A stretch of DNA of 64,000 nucleotides from a virus. The notes below the pieces were generated by a model. It ran no database searches and had not been told where the DNA came from. It saw only the letters and a program-made list of their open reading frames with translations. The stretch lies in IMG/VR virus record IMGVR_UViG_3300024496_000011. One strand, written 5' to 3'. Positions 17,337-25,999 of the stretch are shown piece by piece. A program made the position numbers and the translations under genes. Numbering within the stretch: the stretch's first letter is position 1; the number at the start of each line of letters is the position of its first letter.

Positions 17337-18129
17337 AACAGTTTTTAATCTCTTTTTCTAATCCACTAAACTTTATTCCAAAAGTTTTTAACAATTCACC
17401 AGAACCACAATACGACTTGTCCATCCCTTCTTCCAAAACAGTTACGGGAACTTTATATTCCGATAGACTGTTTATAATCCTAGAAACATCAGACAATTTC
17501 GTTTTTGTTTCATAAACTAAATTAACTTCCTTTGGTAAATCTTTTCTCAATTCAAGATATAAATCAATAACTTTTTTTGTATCTTCTATTCCAAAAAAGT
17601 CCATAAACTTATCCTTAAAAATAACAATTTCTTTCTTAAGGATATAATTTTTTATATTCACAGAGGTAAACATATTATCTGGAGTTTCTGGTCCAAATAC
17701 ATTAAAGAACCTCAAGTTATAAACATGATCCAATTGACGACATCTTTGTGATATAAGACACTTTGCAAAACCATAATAATCTTCAGGAATTATTTCTCCC
17801 ACTTGATTTTCTTTTGCAAGATAAATGTCTTTTTGTCTACCAAATGCAGCACCACTACAAAAATTAATCATTGGAACTTTTTGTGCTGCAAGGTTTTCAA
17901 ACATTTTCATATTTACATAAAAATCGTCAGGAATATCCTGACGAATTCTACGACCACCTTTAATTGCAGCGTGGAGAATAAAATCAATATTATTCTCCTT
18001 TACAAACAAATCAACCAGACCTTTATTTGTATAATCAACATCAGGATAAAAAACATCATGAGTTTTAAGAAGATGCGGTATGACTTCTCTCCCTAAAAAT
18101 CCACGATGTCCAGTAAAAAGAATATTCAT
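17308..18129 (-). CDS. NAD-dependent epimerase/dehydratase
   Basis: TGHRGFLG, YGFAK (YxxxK), LRFFNVFG. Confidence 0.85.
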   Translation of the reverse strand: MNILFTGHRGFLGREVIPHLLKTHDVFYPDVDYTNKGLVDLFVKENNIDFILHAAIKGGRRIRQDIPDDFYVNMKMFENLAAQKVPMINFCSGAAFGRQKDIYLAKENQVGEIIPEDYYGFAKCLISQRCRQLDHVYNLRFFNVFGPETPDNMFTSVNIKNYILKKEIVIFKDKFMDFFGIEDTKKVIDLYLELRKDLPKEVNLVYETKTKLSDVSRIINSLSEYKVPVTVLEEGMDKSYCGSGELLKTFGIKFSGLEKEIKNCYEHFCKRNI

Positions 18130-18596
18130 CTACTTAGGTTAATATAGGAAGGAGAAGAACCATACAGAAATTCTTTAATATTAATGTCTTCTTTATCCTT
18201 TGGTCTAAAAGTTTTTATGTTTGGAAACAAAGAAAGAACTTGTTGGTCTTCACAAGCATAGTGAGAAAATCCACAAACTCCATAGTCATCATCTCTACCA
18301 CTTCCCACAAGTTTAACAGGGATATTCTCGTGGTTTACATAGTTGCGAATAAACTCAAATGGACGATAAAGAACAAATGGAGTAATAGAGTAAACAACAG
18401 GAATAATACCTTCCATTGCCATACCAACTGCCATACCGATCATAAGTTGTTCAGAAGCACCAGGATTAATAACTCTATTCGGAAACTCTTTTCTCAAATC
18501 ATCAAATAATCCATATCCAACATCACCAACCAAAAGAGAGATATTTTCATTCTCTCTCATTTCACTAGTTAGTAAATCTCTAAAAGTTCTTCTCAT
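18126..18596 (-). CDS. Transketolase-like pyrimidine-binding subunit
   Basis: NPGASEQLMIGMAVGMA...GFSHYA. Confidence 0.85.
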   Translation of the reverse strand: MRRTFRDLLTSEMRENENISLLVGDVGYGLFDDLRKEFPNRVINPGASEQLMIGMAVGMAMEGIIPVVYSITPFVLYRPFEFIRNYVNHENIPVKLVGSGRDDDYGVCGFSHYACEDQQVLSLFPNIKTFRPKDKEDINIKEFLYGSSPSYINLSR

Positions 18597-19234
18597 AGTG
18601 CCTCCAAAGCAGATTGATATTGTTCCTCACTAAAGTTTGTATAATGTGCATGAAGACCTTCTAAACCATAATGATTTACTGTTGTCCTTACAAAGTTTAC
18701 ATATGGATTAAATGCTTTAATCCTATTTTCAAGATAGTCTAAGTCAACAGCATCATAAGCAGCCCATCCATTTGCGTTCACATAAATCTTGAGATTGTGA
18801 AGATTGTTCTCATAAGCAAAACGAAGTGCTTCCCACACAGAACCTTCTGCTGATTCGCCATCAGAAATCATACAGTAAACATTACGATTAGGATTTGCAA
18901 GTGCTCTTCCAACAGCAACTGTAATGCCCATTCCAAGACTTCCTGTTGAGCAATGAAGTTTTACAGTCTCATCTCTTTTTGGATGCTCTCCATATTTTTC
19001 TAGAAGTTCTTCAGCATTAAATCCAAAGTACTTTTCAAGAACAACATATAAAGACACTACTGCGTGACCATTTGAAAGAATAAAAATATCATCTTCATTC
19101 ATTTCACTATAGATCTTATCAATTAGGTCAAGACAAGAAAAGTAACTTCCTAGATGATGAAGTTGCTTTTCATAACAGATATCAAGAAGTCTCCTAGTCA
19201 GTTTTTCATCCGTCATAACCAAGAACTCCATCAT
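18593..19234 (-). CDS. Transketolase-like ThDP-binding N-terminal subunit
   Basis: HHLGS, ILSNGH, STGSLGMG, SDGESAEGSVWEA...NAN. Confidence 0.88.
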   Translation of the reverse strand: MMEFLVMTDEKLTRRLLDICYEKQLHHLGSYFSCLDLIDKIYSEMNEDDIFILSNGHAVVSLYVVLEKYFGFNAEELLEKYGEHPKRDETVKLHCSTGSLGMGITVAVGRALANPNRNVYCMISDGESAEGSVWEALRFAYENNLHNLKIYVNANGWAAYDAVDLDYLENRIKAFNPYVNFVRTTVNHYGLEGLHAHYTNFSEEQYQSALEAL

Positions 19235-19916
19235 AAGTAAGTTTCATTGTCTTTTTACCAAGTGATTCAAGTCTTTCAATAACTTTATTCACATTCTCTT
19301 CCATCTTACCAACACCCTCAAAATCATGAACCTCAACATAGATTGCATCAATTTCTTTAATAGCGTCTTCGAATGATGGATCATGCACAACTACATTTTC
19401 AAATCCTTCAATGTCCATCTTTACAAAATTCACTCTCTTTTTCACAGTATTTTTAATAAAATCGGCAAGAGTTGTAGTAGGAACCATGACACTATCAGTG
19501 CCACCAGGATCAATACCATGACGAAGAAAAGAATTCATAGTCGAATTGCTACTATTCAACTGAAACTCTTCTTCTCCATTTTTAGTATGAATAGCAACTT
19601 GATGTGGAAAAATATTTTTTACCTTAAGACTTTTTAAAATATCTCCCATAATTTCAATATGAGATGGAGTTGGTTCTACTGCATATACTTCTTTACAGAT
19701 AGAACTCATATAAAGAGAAAACAATCCAATATTAGCACCAAGATCAACCATTACAACATCTTCATTGTCCTCAAGAAATGAATAAAAACCATCCTCAAAT
19801 TGATCAAGAATTGCAATTGTTTTTGAATGAGGTGTATTATGGTGCTCCAAAAACTTTTTAGATTTGGAAAGATCATATGTTTCAAGATCTTTAATTGTTT
19901 TCAAAATAACAGACAT
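19206..19916 (-). CDS. FkbM-family SAM methyltransferase
   Basis: VDLGANIG, AVEP, KMDIEGFE. Confidence 0.88.
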   Translation of the reverse strand: MSVILKTIKDLETYDLSKSKKFLEHHNTPHSKTIAILDQFEDGFYSFLEDNEDVVMVDLGANIGLFSLYMSSICKEVYAVEPTPSHIEIMGDILKSLKVKNIFPHQVAIHTKNGEEEFQLNSSNSTMNSFLRHGIDPGGTDSVMVPTTTLADFIKNTVKKRVNFVKMDIEGFENVVVHDPSFEDAIKEIDAIYVEVHDFEGVGKMEENVNKVIERLESLGKKTMKLTYDGVLGYDG

Positions 19917-19917
19917 T

Positions 19918-20796
19918 TTATTCTCCTAAAATTGTTTGAATGTAATCGCGTACTTCTGATTTAATTATACCATATAACCAGTTATAATGGTCACCATATT
20001 GTTTAATAGTTTCCATTGTACCTACTCCAGCGGCATGAAGTATGCTTGTTCTCAATGGTTCTCCCGTAATTGGGTGATCAATATAAACAGAGTTGTCTTT
20101 TATGTAAAGATTTTTCCAACTCTCACAATGATCTTTTTCTCCCCACTGATTAACTATACCATAAGTTACACCACTTCCCTCTCTATCAATTATTTCACTT
20201 GTATACTTATCTTTTGCATGAAATATATGATTCCAAGTATCTTGTTCATTACGAATTAAGGGCCATGGTTTATAGGTAAAAGTTCTTCCATCACTTTGCT
20301 CAGCAACAAACTTATTAAAGTCTCTCCACTCATACCAAAATTGCTTATCATTTGAAGCAATAAATCCCGCATTAAGAAACTCATTTACACCTATCATTCC
20401 ACCATCGCCATATGGTTCATAAAAAGGACTTACACAAGGTTGTGCTGATCCTGCTTTACCAAAGAAGTTATTGTTTCTAACTCCTATCAATTCTGCATTT
20501 GAATCAATAACTTTATCAAGACTACCAATACAAAAAGAGTCTGCATCAATATGAATTACCATATCATAATCTTCAACTAAAGGAAGACATGTCACGACCA
20601 TCATCCAATCAGAAAACCTAACATTTTCTGCACCAAGCCAAGGATATTCTTTTGTTATATTTTTTGTATCCTCTGTCCCAAAAATATGAAAGTCTATCTC
20701 CGGATGAAAATGATTGATGAGTTTTTGCAACTTATCTGGTCTTAGATAAGGTGCATAGTCATCAGTACACCATGTAGAAACTGCAATCTTTTTCAT
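19918..20796 (-). CDS. GT-A fold glycosyltransferase (GT8-like)
   Basis: IHIDAD (DxD), FLNAG, NEQD. Confidence 0.7.
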   Translation of the reverse strand: MKKIAVSTWCTDDYAPYLRPDKLQKLINHFHPEIDFHIFGTEDTKNITKEYPWLGAENVRFSDWMMVVTCLPLVEDYDMVIHIDADSFCIGSLDKVIDSNAELIGVRNNNFFGKAGSAQPCVSPFYEPYGDGGMIGVNEFLNAGFIASNDKQFWYEWRDFNKFVAEQSDGRTFTYKPWPLIRNEQDTWNHIFHAKDKYTSEIIDREGSGVTYGIVNQWGEKDHCESWKNLYIKDNSVYIDHPITGEPLRTSILHAAGVGTMETIKQYGDHYNWLYGIIKSEVRDYIQTILGE

Positions 20797-21416
20797 TTTA
20801 TTTTTTTGAAGATAGATGTAAGTATATTTGGATATGAATGCTCGGTCTTACGAATAGAGTCTTCAATATTTGTATGGTTAACATATTCATAATTTTGAGA
20901 CTCAACAAAACTCCTCAAAGATTTTTCATCAAAATGCCAGAGGTGTTCATCTGGTCTTCTATGCTTCCAATTTTCAAACCATTCATCATTAAAATTATGA
21001 CACCAAGGAACACTTATACAAATATAATCACACTGCAGTTTATCTAAAAAGTAAATATCATCAAAATGTTCTAAAGAATCAAAGAAACTAATGACATCAT
21101 AATGACTATCAAAGATATTATCTACAGTTTTAATTTTACTTGGCAAATTAACACCACTAACATCATACCCAAAACAATTTGGAATTATTTCACTACATGT
21201 TTTTAAAAAACTTCCATTCCCGTATCCAACATCAAGAATAGAATTTGGAACTTTACCTAGAGAACCTATAACAAATCCAAGTCTTAGATAAGACATATAG
21301 TTTGTCAATTCGCCATAAGAGTTATATCTAGTATCGACATATTTTTGATCATATGTAATTGGTTTGCATATAATCTGTTTTATTACGCCATTATCATCTT
21401 TTTGATAGTTTTTCAT
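20793..21416 (-). CDS. Class I SAM methyltransferase
   Basis: LDVGYGNG, FFDSLEH, EHLWHF. Confidence 0.85.
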   Translation of the reverse strand: MKNYQKDDNGVIKQIICKPITYDQKYVDTRYNSYGELTNYMSYLRLGFVIGSLGKVPNSILDVGYGNGSFLKTCSEIIPNCFGYDVSGVNLPSKIKTVDNIFDSHYDVISFFDSLEHFDDIYFLDKLQCDYICISVPWCHNFNDEWFENWKHRRPDEHLWHFDEKSLRSFVESQNYEYVNHTNIEDSIRKTEHSYPNILTSIFKKIK

Positions 21417-22192
21417 ATTTTTTGATCATATTCAACGATAACCCAACGATTATCATTTAAATGGGAATTTACCAACAGCAATCCATTATCAGCTCTTAGA
21501 TCATGAAAATAAAGATCTGCTTTTAAGTCTAAAGGTAAAGAATCAACTAGACAAAATACAGAACTTGGGGAAACATGAATCTCTGTAGCATTTTCAATGA
21601 CTTTAATCCAATCTAATAGATTATCTGTTATATTATCTTTTATTTTTATGATTGTCAAGTCAGAGTTTTTGCCATTTCTCCAACCAAACATATCAAATTC
21701 ATATTCATCGCTTGCACTTGATGAATCGTGTACAAGAATATAATTTTTTACATTCCCAACTACTTTTTCGTAAAGATCATCCGCTCCCTTTATTTGTTTT
21801 GGTAATTTGAAATTACTATATCTTTCCGAATAAAGAACTTCTGCTTGTTCATAAAACTGTCTCTCAAAATTTATTCCAACCCATTTTGGGGGGCATTGTT
21901 CTCTTTCCAGATAAGTATAAATGACTTTATCATAACCTATTTTAAGGTAATCAAATTTAGTTTCAGAAGACCAATCAGAAACTTCTTTTTCAAGATTATC
22001 CCAATCATTATCAAATGCTTTTGGAATAATATTTGGGAAATCTTGATAGAGACAATCTATTGTGTTATAAAACTTTTTTCTGCATGGTAAATATAAAGTC
22101 TCATACTTTTGTGCATAATGATGCACCATACCATTACAAAGAAAATGATCACCCAAACCAGGATGATGATGAAGAATTAAATTTTTTTTCAT
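21413..22192 (-). CDS. Hypothetical glycosyltransferase-like protein (paralog of 22192-22998)
   Basis: HHHPGLGDHFLCNGMV...FERQFYEQA...LFHDLR. Confidence 0.55.
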   Translation of the reverse strand: MKKNLILHHHPGLGDHFLCNGMVHHYAQKYETLYLPCRKKFYNTIDCLYQDFPNIIPKAFDNDWDNLEKEVSDWSSETKFDYLKIGYDKVIYTYLEREQCPPKWVGINFERQFYEQAEVLYSERYSNFKLPKQIKGADDLYEKVVGNVKNYILVHDSSSASDEYEFDMFGWRNGKNSDLTIIKIKDNITDNLLDWIKVIENATEIHVSPSSVFCLVDSLPLDLKADLYFHDLRADNGLLLVNSHLNDNRWVIVEYDQKI

Positions 22193-22998
22193 TACATTAA
22201 ATGAGAGTATCTAACTATGTTCCAGCGATTAAATCCTGTTGCTAAACAATTTATTTGCTGCATAGTGTTATATCGAATATCATGATAAAAAAGTTTGGCA
22301 TTAATTTTAGTACATACACTATCAACAAGATGAAAAAATCCACTGTTTACACAATGTATCTCTCTTGCATTTTCAATTAGTTTCATATAAGAAAGAACAT
22401 TATTAGTTTGCCCCTTTTTAATTTCAATTACTTTGCTTGGAATTTTTTCATCAGGTCTCCAAGATGAAATTTCTATGGGATATTCATTTCTAAAACTTGA
22501 ATTTTTATGAACTACAATGTAGTCATTATTATCACCAACTAATTTTTCATAGACTTCATCAACATCAGGAATTTTTTTAGGCAAAACAAACTTTTCATAT
22601 CTATCTTTATAAAACATATTTGCTTGTTCATAAAACTGTCTTTCAAAGTTTGGAGCAAACTTTTCTGGATATGCTTCACCTTCTCCTCTTGGAGTATTTT
22701 TCCTCATCATTTCTCGATAATTTAAGTTCTCAAACCCAAGTCTTATAATTGGGTATCCCATCTGTTGAGCCCAAGGAAACATTTCTCTTTCAAGAGTTGC
22801 CCAATCATCATGAAAAGAATGAACAATAATATTTGGATAATCACTATACAAACATTCTAAAGTTTCAAAATACCTATGATGAGTAGGGATATGCAAACGA
22901 TCGGTCATTTTTACATATTCATGAACAATTGCATTACAAATGAAATGATCACCAAGTCCAGTATGATGATGAAAAACTAAATCAGAATATTTTTGCAT
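22192..22998 (-). CDS. Hypothetical glycosyltransferase-like protein (paralog of 21413-22192)
   Basis: HHHTGLGDHFICNAIV...FERQFYEQA...FYHDIR. Confidence 0.55.
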   Translation of the reverse strand: MQKYSDLVFHHHTGLGDHFICNAIVHEYVKMTDRLHIPTHHRYFETLECLYSDYPNIIVHSFHDDWATLEREMFPWAQQMGYPIIRLGFENLNYREMMRKNTPRGEGEAYPEKFAPNFERQFYEQANMFYKDRYEKFVLPKKIPDVDEVYEKLVGDNNDYIVVHKNSSFRNEYPIEISSWRPDEKIPSKVIEIKKGQTNNVLSYMKLIENAREIHCVNSGFFHLVDSVCTKINAKLFYHDIRYNTMQQINCLATGFNRWNIVRYSHLM

Positions 22999-22999
22999 A

Positions 23000-23842
23000 T
23001 TAGTTTAGATTACCAAATTCATCAAATTGAAAAACATTATTGACACTTCCTCGATAAAGATTCATCCATAAACCACAATTGCCCGTATGATTGACGACAT
23101 ATGAACATTCAGAAACACACCTAAGTGCAGAATCAAACCACTGCATCCAATCCATAGTATCTTTCCCTTCGTTCTCCATTACAGTGTTCATTGCATCTGT
23201 ACCGTAAGTCGAAGGAGTTTCTTCAAAGTGAATAACCATATCTCCAAGTTCATTTTTAAAATAATCTATAACTTGTGTCTGATCACTTTGAACTAAAACT
23301 TTTTTAGCAGAAGTTGCTTGTAAAAGTTGCTTAACCGCTATCAAATAATTTGAAGGATGCGATAAACGAACTTCAGTCCACTTATCAGTTCCTCTATAAA
23401 GAACAGAAATTGTTTCTGTAGGATTAATATTATATTTTTGCATTAAAAAATTTTTTCTTTCCAAAATTAAATCACTTGGATTAAAAAACTTATTAATTAC
23501 TTGATTATAATATTCAAAATCATAAAGTCCAAATTGCTTTTTATTTTCGTCAGGCAAAGCAACTTTTTTAAACAACTTTACTTTTTTATTAAAATCAATT
23601 TTATAAAAATCTGGGAAAATATCACGATTCTCATCTTTTTTGAATCTCTTGAATCCCATTGAATAATTAATTACATCAGGTTCTATACCATGACTTAATA
23701 AGATTAAGAGAGAAAGAAATGCTTGTGTTTGATTAGAATAAAACCCACAGTTCCACATGCAATCCAGCTGATTCATTTCTGGATGATTAATCGAACTGCA
23801 CCCCCCAGTAGATGCAGTATATTTACAATGTCGTAACTTCAT
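23000..23842 (-). CDS. Fucosyltransferase-like (NodZ-like) GT-B protein
   Basis: VLYRGTDK...VLVQSD; parallels the N-domain of 14039-15586. Confidence 0.55.
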   Translation of the reverse strand: MKLRHCKYTASTGGCSSINHPEMNQLDCMWNCGFYSNQTQAFLSLLILLSHGIEPDVINYSMGFKRFKKDENRDIFPDFYKIDFNKKVKLFKKVALPDENKKQFGLYDFEYYNQVINKFFNPSDLILERKNFLMQKYNINPTETISVLYRGTDKWTEVRLSHPSNYLIAVKQLLQATSAKKVLVQSDQTQVIDYFKNELGDMVIHFEETPSTYGTDAMNTVMENEGKDTMDWMQWFDSALRCVSECSYVVNHTGNCGLWMNLYRGSVNNVFQFDEFGNLN

Positions 23843-24924
23843 TTTAATTCAATTTGAGTTTTAATCCAGTTATAAGTTTTACGAATACCCTCTTCAAGAG
23901 TTTGAGAGTAATCCCAACCTAGTTTTTCGCGAATAAGATCATTGTTAGAATTTCGACCACGAACACCTAGAGGACCATCAATATGATTTTTTTCTACAAC
24001 TTTACCTGCGACTTTAGCAGCAGTATCTACTAGTTGATTAATAGTAACCATTTCTTCAGAACCAATATTCACAGGTCCAATAAAATCACTATCCATCAAT
24101 CTGCGGGTTGCTTCGATACATTCATCAATATACAAGAAGGAACGAGTTTGTAACCCGTCTCCCCACACCTCGATAGTTCCACCTTCCTCTGAAAGGTAGG
24201 CAACTTTACGGCAAATTGCTGCAGGAGATTTTTCCCTTCCCCCTTCCCAGGTTCCTTCAGGTCCAAAGATATTATGATACCGAGCAACCCGAACAGGGAT
24301 CCCGTGATTACGAGAATAAGCGAAAAACAACCGCTCTGAGAAGAGTTTTTCCCAACCATATTCAGAATCTGGTGCTGCGGGATATGCTGATTCTTCACGG
24401 CAATCTGGATTATTGGGATCAAGTTGATTATGTTCTGGATACATGCAAGCAGAACTAGAATAAAAGATTTTAGTCTGATAGTCTAGAACAGGTCGAACAC
24501 ATTCAGTACCATTATCTACACCATTAAAAGTTTCATTAAACTGACGCTGTGCTTCAAGAACATTAAGATTAATGGTTGCAGAGTTATGCATGATGTCTGC
24601 ATCATTTTCGCCAGTGAAAACAAATCCAGCACCACCCATATCTGCAGCAAACTGATAAATCTCATGGAAAGGGCGAATGTAACGATAAGGGACTGAATTA
24701 TAAAAATTACCCTGTTCGCCTTTGAATTCAAGGGTACATCGAACAAAACCCATGTCCCTCAAGTCTCCCAAAACAAATTCATCTGCTTCGGAAATTGAAA
24801 ACTCGGGATACTTAATATCAACTCCACGGACCCAATATCCCTCAGACTTTAATCTCTTTACCATGTGACTTCCAATGAATCCACCAGCACCTAATACAAG
24901 TGCAGTTTTCTTATAATCACTCAT
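23839..24924 (-). CDS. NAD-dependent nucleotide-sugar epimerase (GDP-mannose 3',5'-epimerase / WcaG-like)
   Basis: GAGGFIG, FAADMGG, SSACMYP, YGWEK, GGREKSPAA, GVRGRNS. Confidence 0.9.
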   Translation of the reverse strand: MSDYKKTALVLGAGGFIGSHMVKRLKSEGYWVRGVDIKYPEFSISEADEFVLGDLRDMGFVRCTLEFKGEQGNFYNSVPYRYIRPFHEIYQFAADMGGAGFVFTGENDADIMHNSATINLNVLEAQRQFNETFNGVDNGTECVRPVLDYQTKIFYSSSACMYPEHNQLDPNNPDCREESAYPAAPDSEYGWEKLFSERLFFAYSRNHGIPVRVARYHNIFGPEGTWEGGREKSPAAICRKVAYLSEEGGTIEVWGDGLQTRSFLYIDECIEATRRLMDSDFIGPVNIGSEEMVTINQLVDTAAKVAGKVVEKNHIDGPLGVRGRNSNNDLIREKLGWDYSQTLEEGIRKTYNWIKTQIELK

Positions 24925-24950
24925 AGATCAATAAATTTCTCTTAGTATAT

Positions 24951-24990
24951 ATTATACAAAAAAAGAGGGGTTATGTAAACCCCTCTTTTG
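24951..24990 (-). promoter_or_regulatory. Terminator hairpin with embedded sigma70 promoter (TTTACA-17-TATAAT) driving the glycan cluster
   Basis: AAAAGAGGGGTT-TACAT-AACCCCTCTTTT then T run; -35 at 24974-24979, -10 at 24951-24956. Confidence 0.8.
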
Positions 24991-24994
24991 AAAA

Positions 24995-25140
24995 TTCAGG
25001 CTCGCCACCAATTCTTTGACTGGAAATTGGAAACCAGGCGGAGAAAGAATTCCCCATCCGCACCACTTGCTCTTGAGAGAAGCAAGAAACTCATAGGGGT
25101 CATTTGACTCCACCACTTAGTTTTGAGAAACTAAGAAAAG
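24995..25140 (-). ncRNA. Structured RNA with three related hairpin units; resembles the cyanophage manA/wcaG RNA motifs
   Basis: Repeated TTTC-stem-TT(C)..CAA(A/G)-stem-TGGYG units with covarying stems, upstream of a WcaG-like gene. Rfam identity is recalled, not searched. Confidence 0.65.
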
Positions 25141-25350
25141 TTGGGTTAACTTTGATATCTCGGTAATACCAAAGAATGCACATAAGAATAATACATCCCA
25201 AAGTTTTAGTTTAATAGCAAAAGGTATTGTGAGTAGTCCCCCAATAACTTTTATCATTAAACCGTATTTAAATTCTCCCCACAACATAGTTTGATAACCA
25301 ATTATAAGGAGAATGTTTCCAATCCACCGAAGCAAATCAGATTTAGACAT
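25117..25350 (-). CDS. Small multi-TM membrane protein embedded in the structured RNA locus
   Basis: 77 aa, three hydrophobic segments. Confidence 0.7.
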   Translation of the reverse strand: MSKSDLLRWIGNILLIIGYQTMLWGEFKYGLMIKVIGGLLTIPFAIKLKLWDVLFLCAFFGITEISKLTQLFLVSQN

Positions 25351-25398
25351 AAGGGGTTTTGCTCCCGACCAGTGCTGTTAAAGTCCATCCGTGACTAT

Positions 25399-25638
25399 TT
25401 ACTCATCATCATCTCTCACATAACAAGGAACACGATCTGGATCTAACCATTTCGCATATTCAATATCTTCCATTGCAGTAGAACATTGTAAAACATTATC
25501 AAAAAGATAAATGTCATTCCAGCGTTTGGTATACTCGTTTTGTTTTTGCATACGGTAATCAGGTTTACCGTTGATTTCAAGGATACCCGCCTCAATAAAG
25601 CGATATCCTTCTCGTTCAAGAAGAACTTTTGTCTTCAT
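25399..25638 (-). CDS. Hypothetical protein
   Basis: 79-aa ORF, ATGA-coupled. Confidence 0.7.
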   Translation of the reverse strand: MKTKVLLEREGYRFIEAGILEINGKPDYRMQKQNEYTKRWNDIYLFDNVLQCSTAMEDIEYAKWLDPDRVPCYVRDDDE

Positions 25639-25850
25639 GCCACCTCTACAGATTCGAGATCAGCAAGAACATATTCCATAAGCATTTCATAGTCATCTAG
25701 AGGATCACCAGAGAATACTACACCTTCGTTCTCATAGTACCGACGAACCTTTTTGTAGAGTTTCGGATTCTTTACATCAAGGTAGAAGTCACCGTTTGCT
25801 GCTCCACGAAGAGTTTGGATGTCTTTCTTGAATTTTGCTGTGAGAGTCAT
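25635..25850 (-). CDS. Hypothetical protein
   Basis: MTLTAKFKKDI...; follows a consensus promoter. Confidence 0.7.
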   Translation of the reverse strand: MTLTAKFKKDIQTLRGAANGDFYLDVKNPKLYKKVRRYYENEGVVFSGDPLDDYEMLMEYVLADLESVEVA

Positions 25851-25872
25851 TGTTTTGAATGTTGACCTTAGT

Positions 25873-25901
25873 ATTATAAGGGGTTGACTTGAAGAAGTCA
25901 A
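25873..25901 (-). promoter_or_regulatory. sigma70 promoter TTGACT-17-TATAAT
   Basis: -35 at 25896-25901, -10 at 25873-25878. Confidence 0.8.
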
Positions 25902-25926
25902 GGTGGACAGTAGAGTTTCTGTCCTA

Positions 25927-25999
25927 TGCTCGTCAGGGGAATCTAACCCCTCTTCGGCGCTTTATGAGAACGCTGCATTCGACAGATTGCTAGACGAGC
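25927..25999 (-). tRNA. tRNA with CAT anticodon (elongator Met or Ile2), atypical D/T loops
   Basis: GCTCGTC/GACGAGC acceptor; GCGTT-CTCATAA-AGCGC; T arm AGGGG-TTAGATT-CCCCT. Confidence 0.8.

Noticed and set aside
24995-25140. CRISPR or mini-array interpretation of the repeated units
   Set aside because: Units vary in sequence with compensatory changes and unequal spacing; no cas genes; behaves like a structured RNA rather than identical repeats
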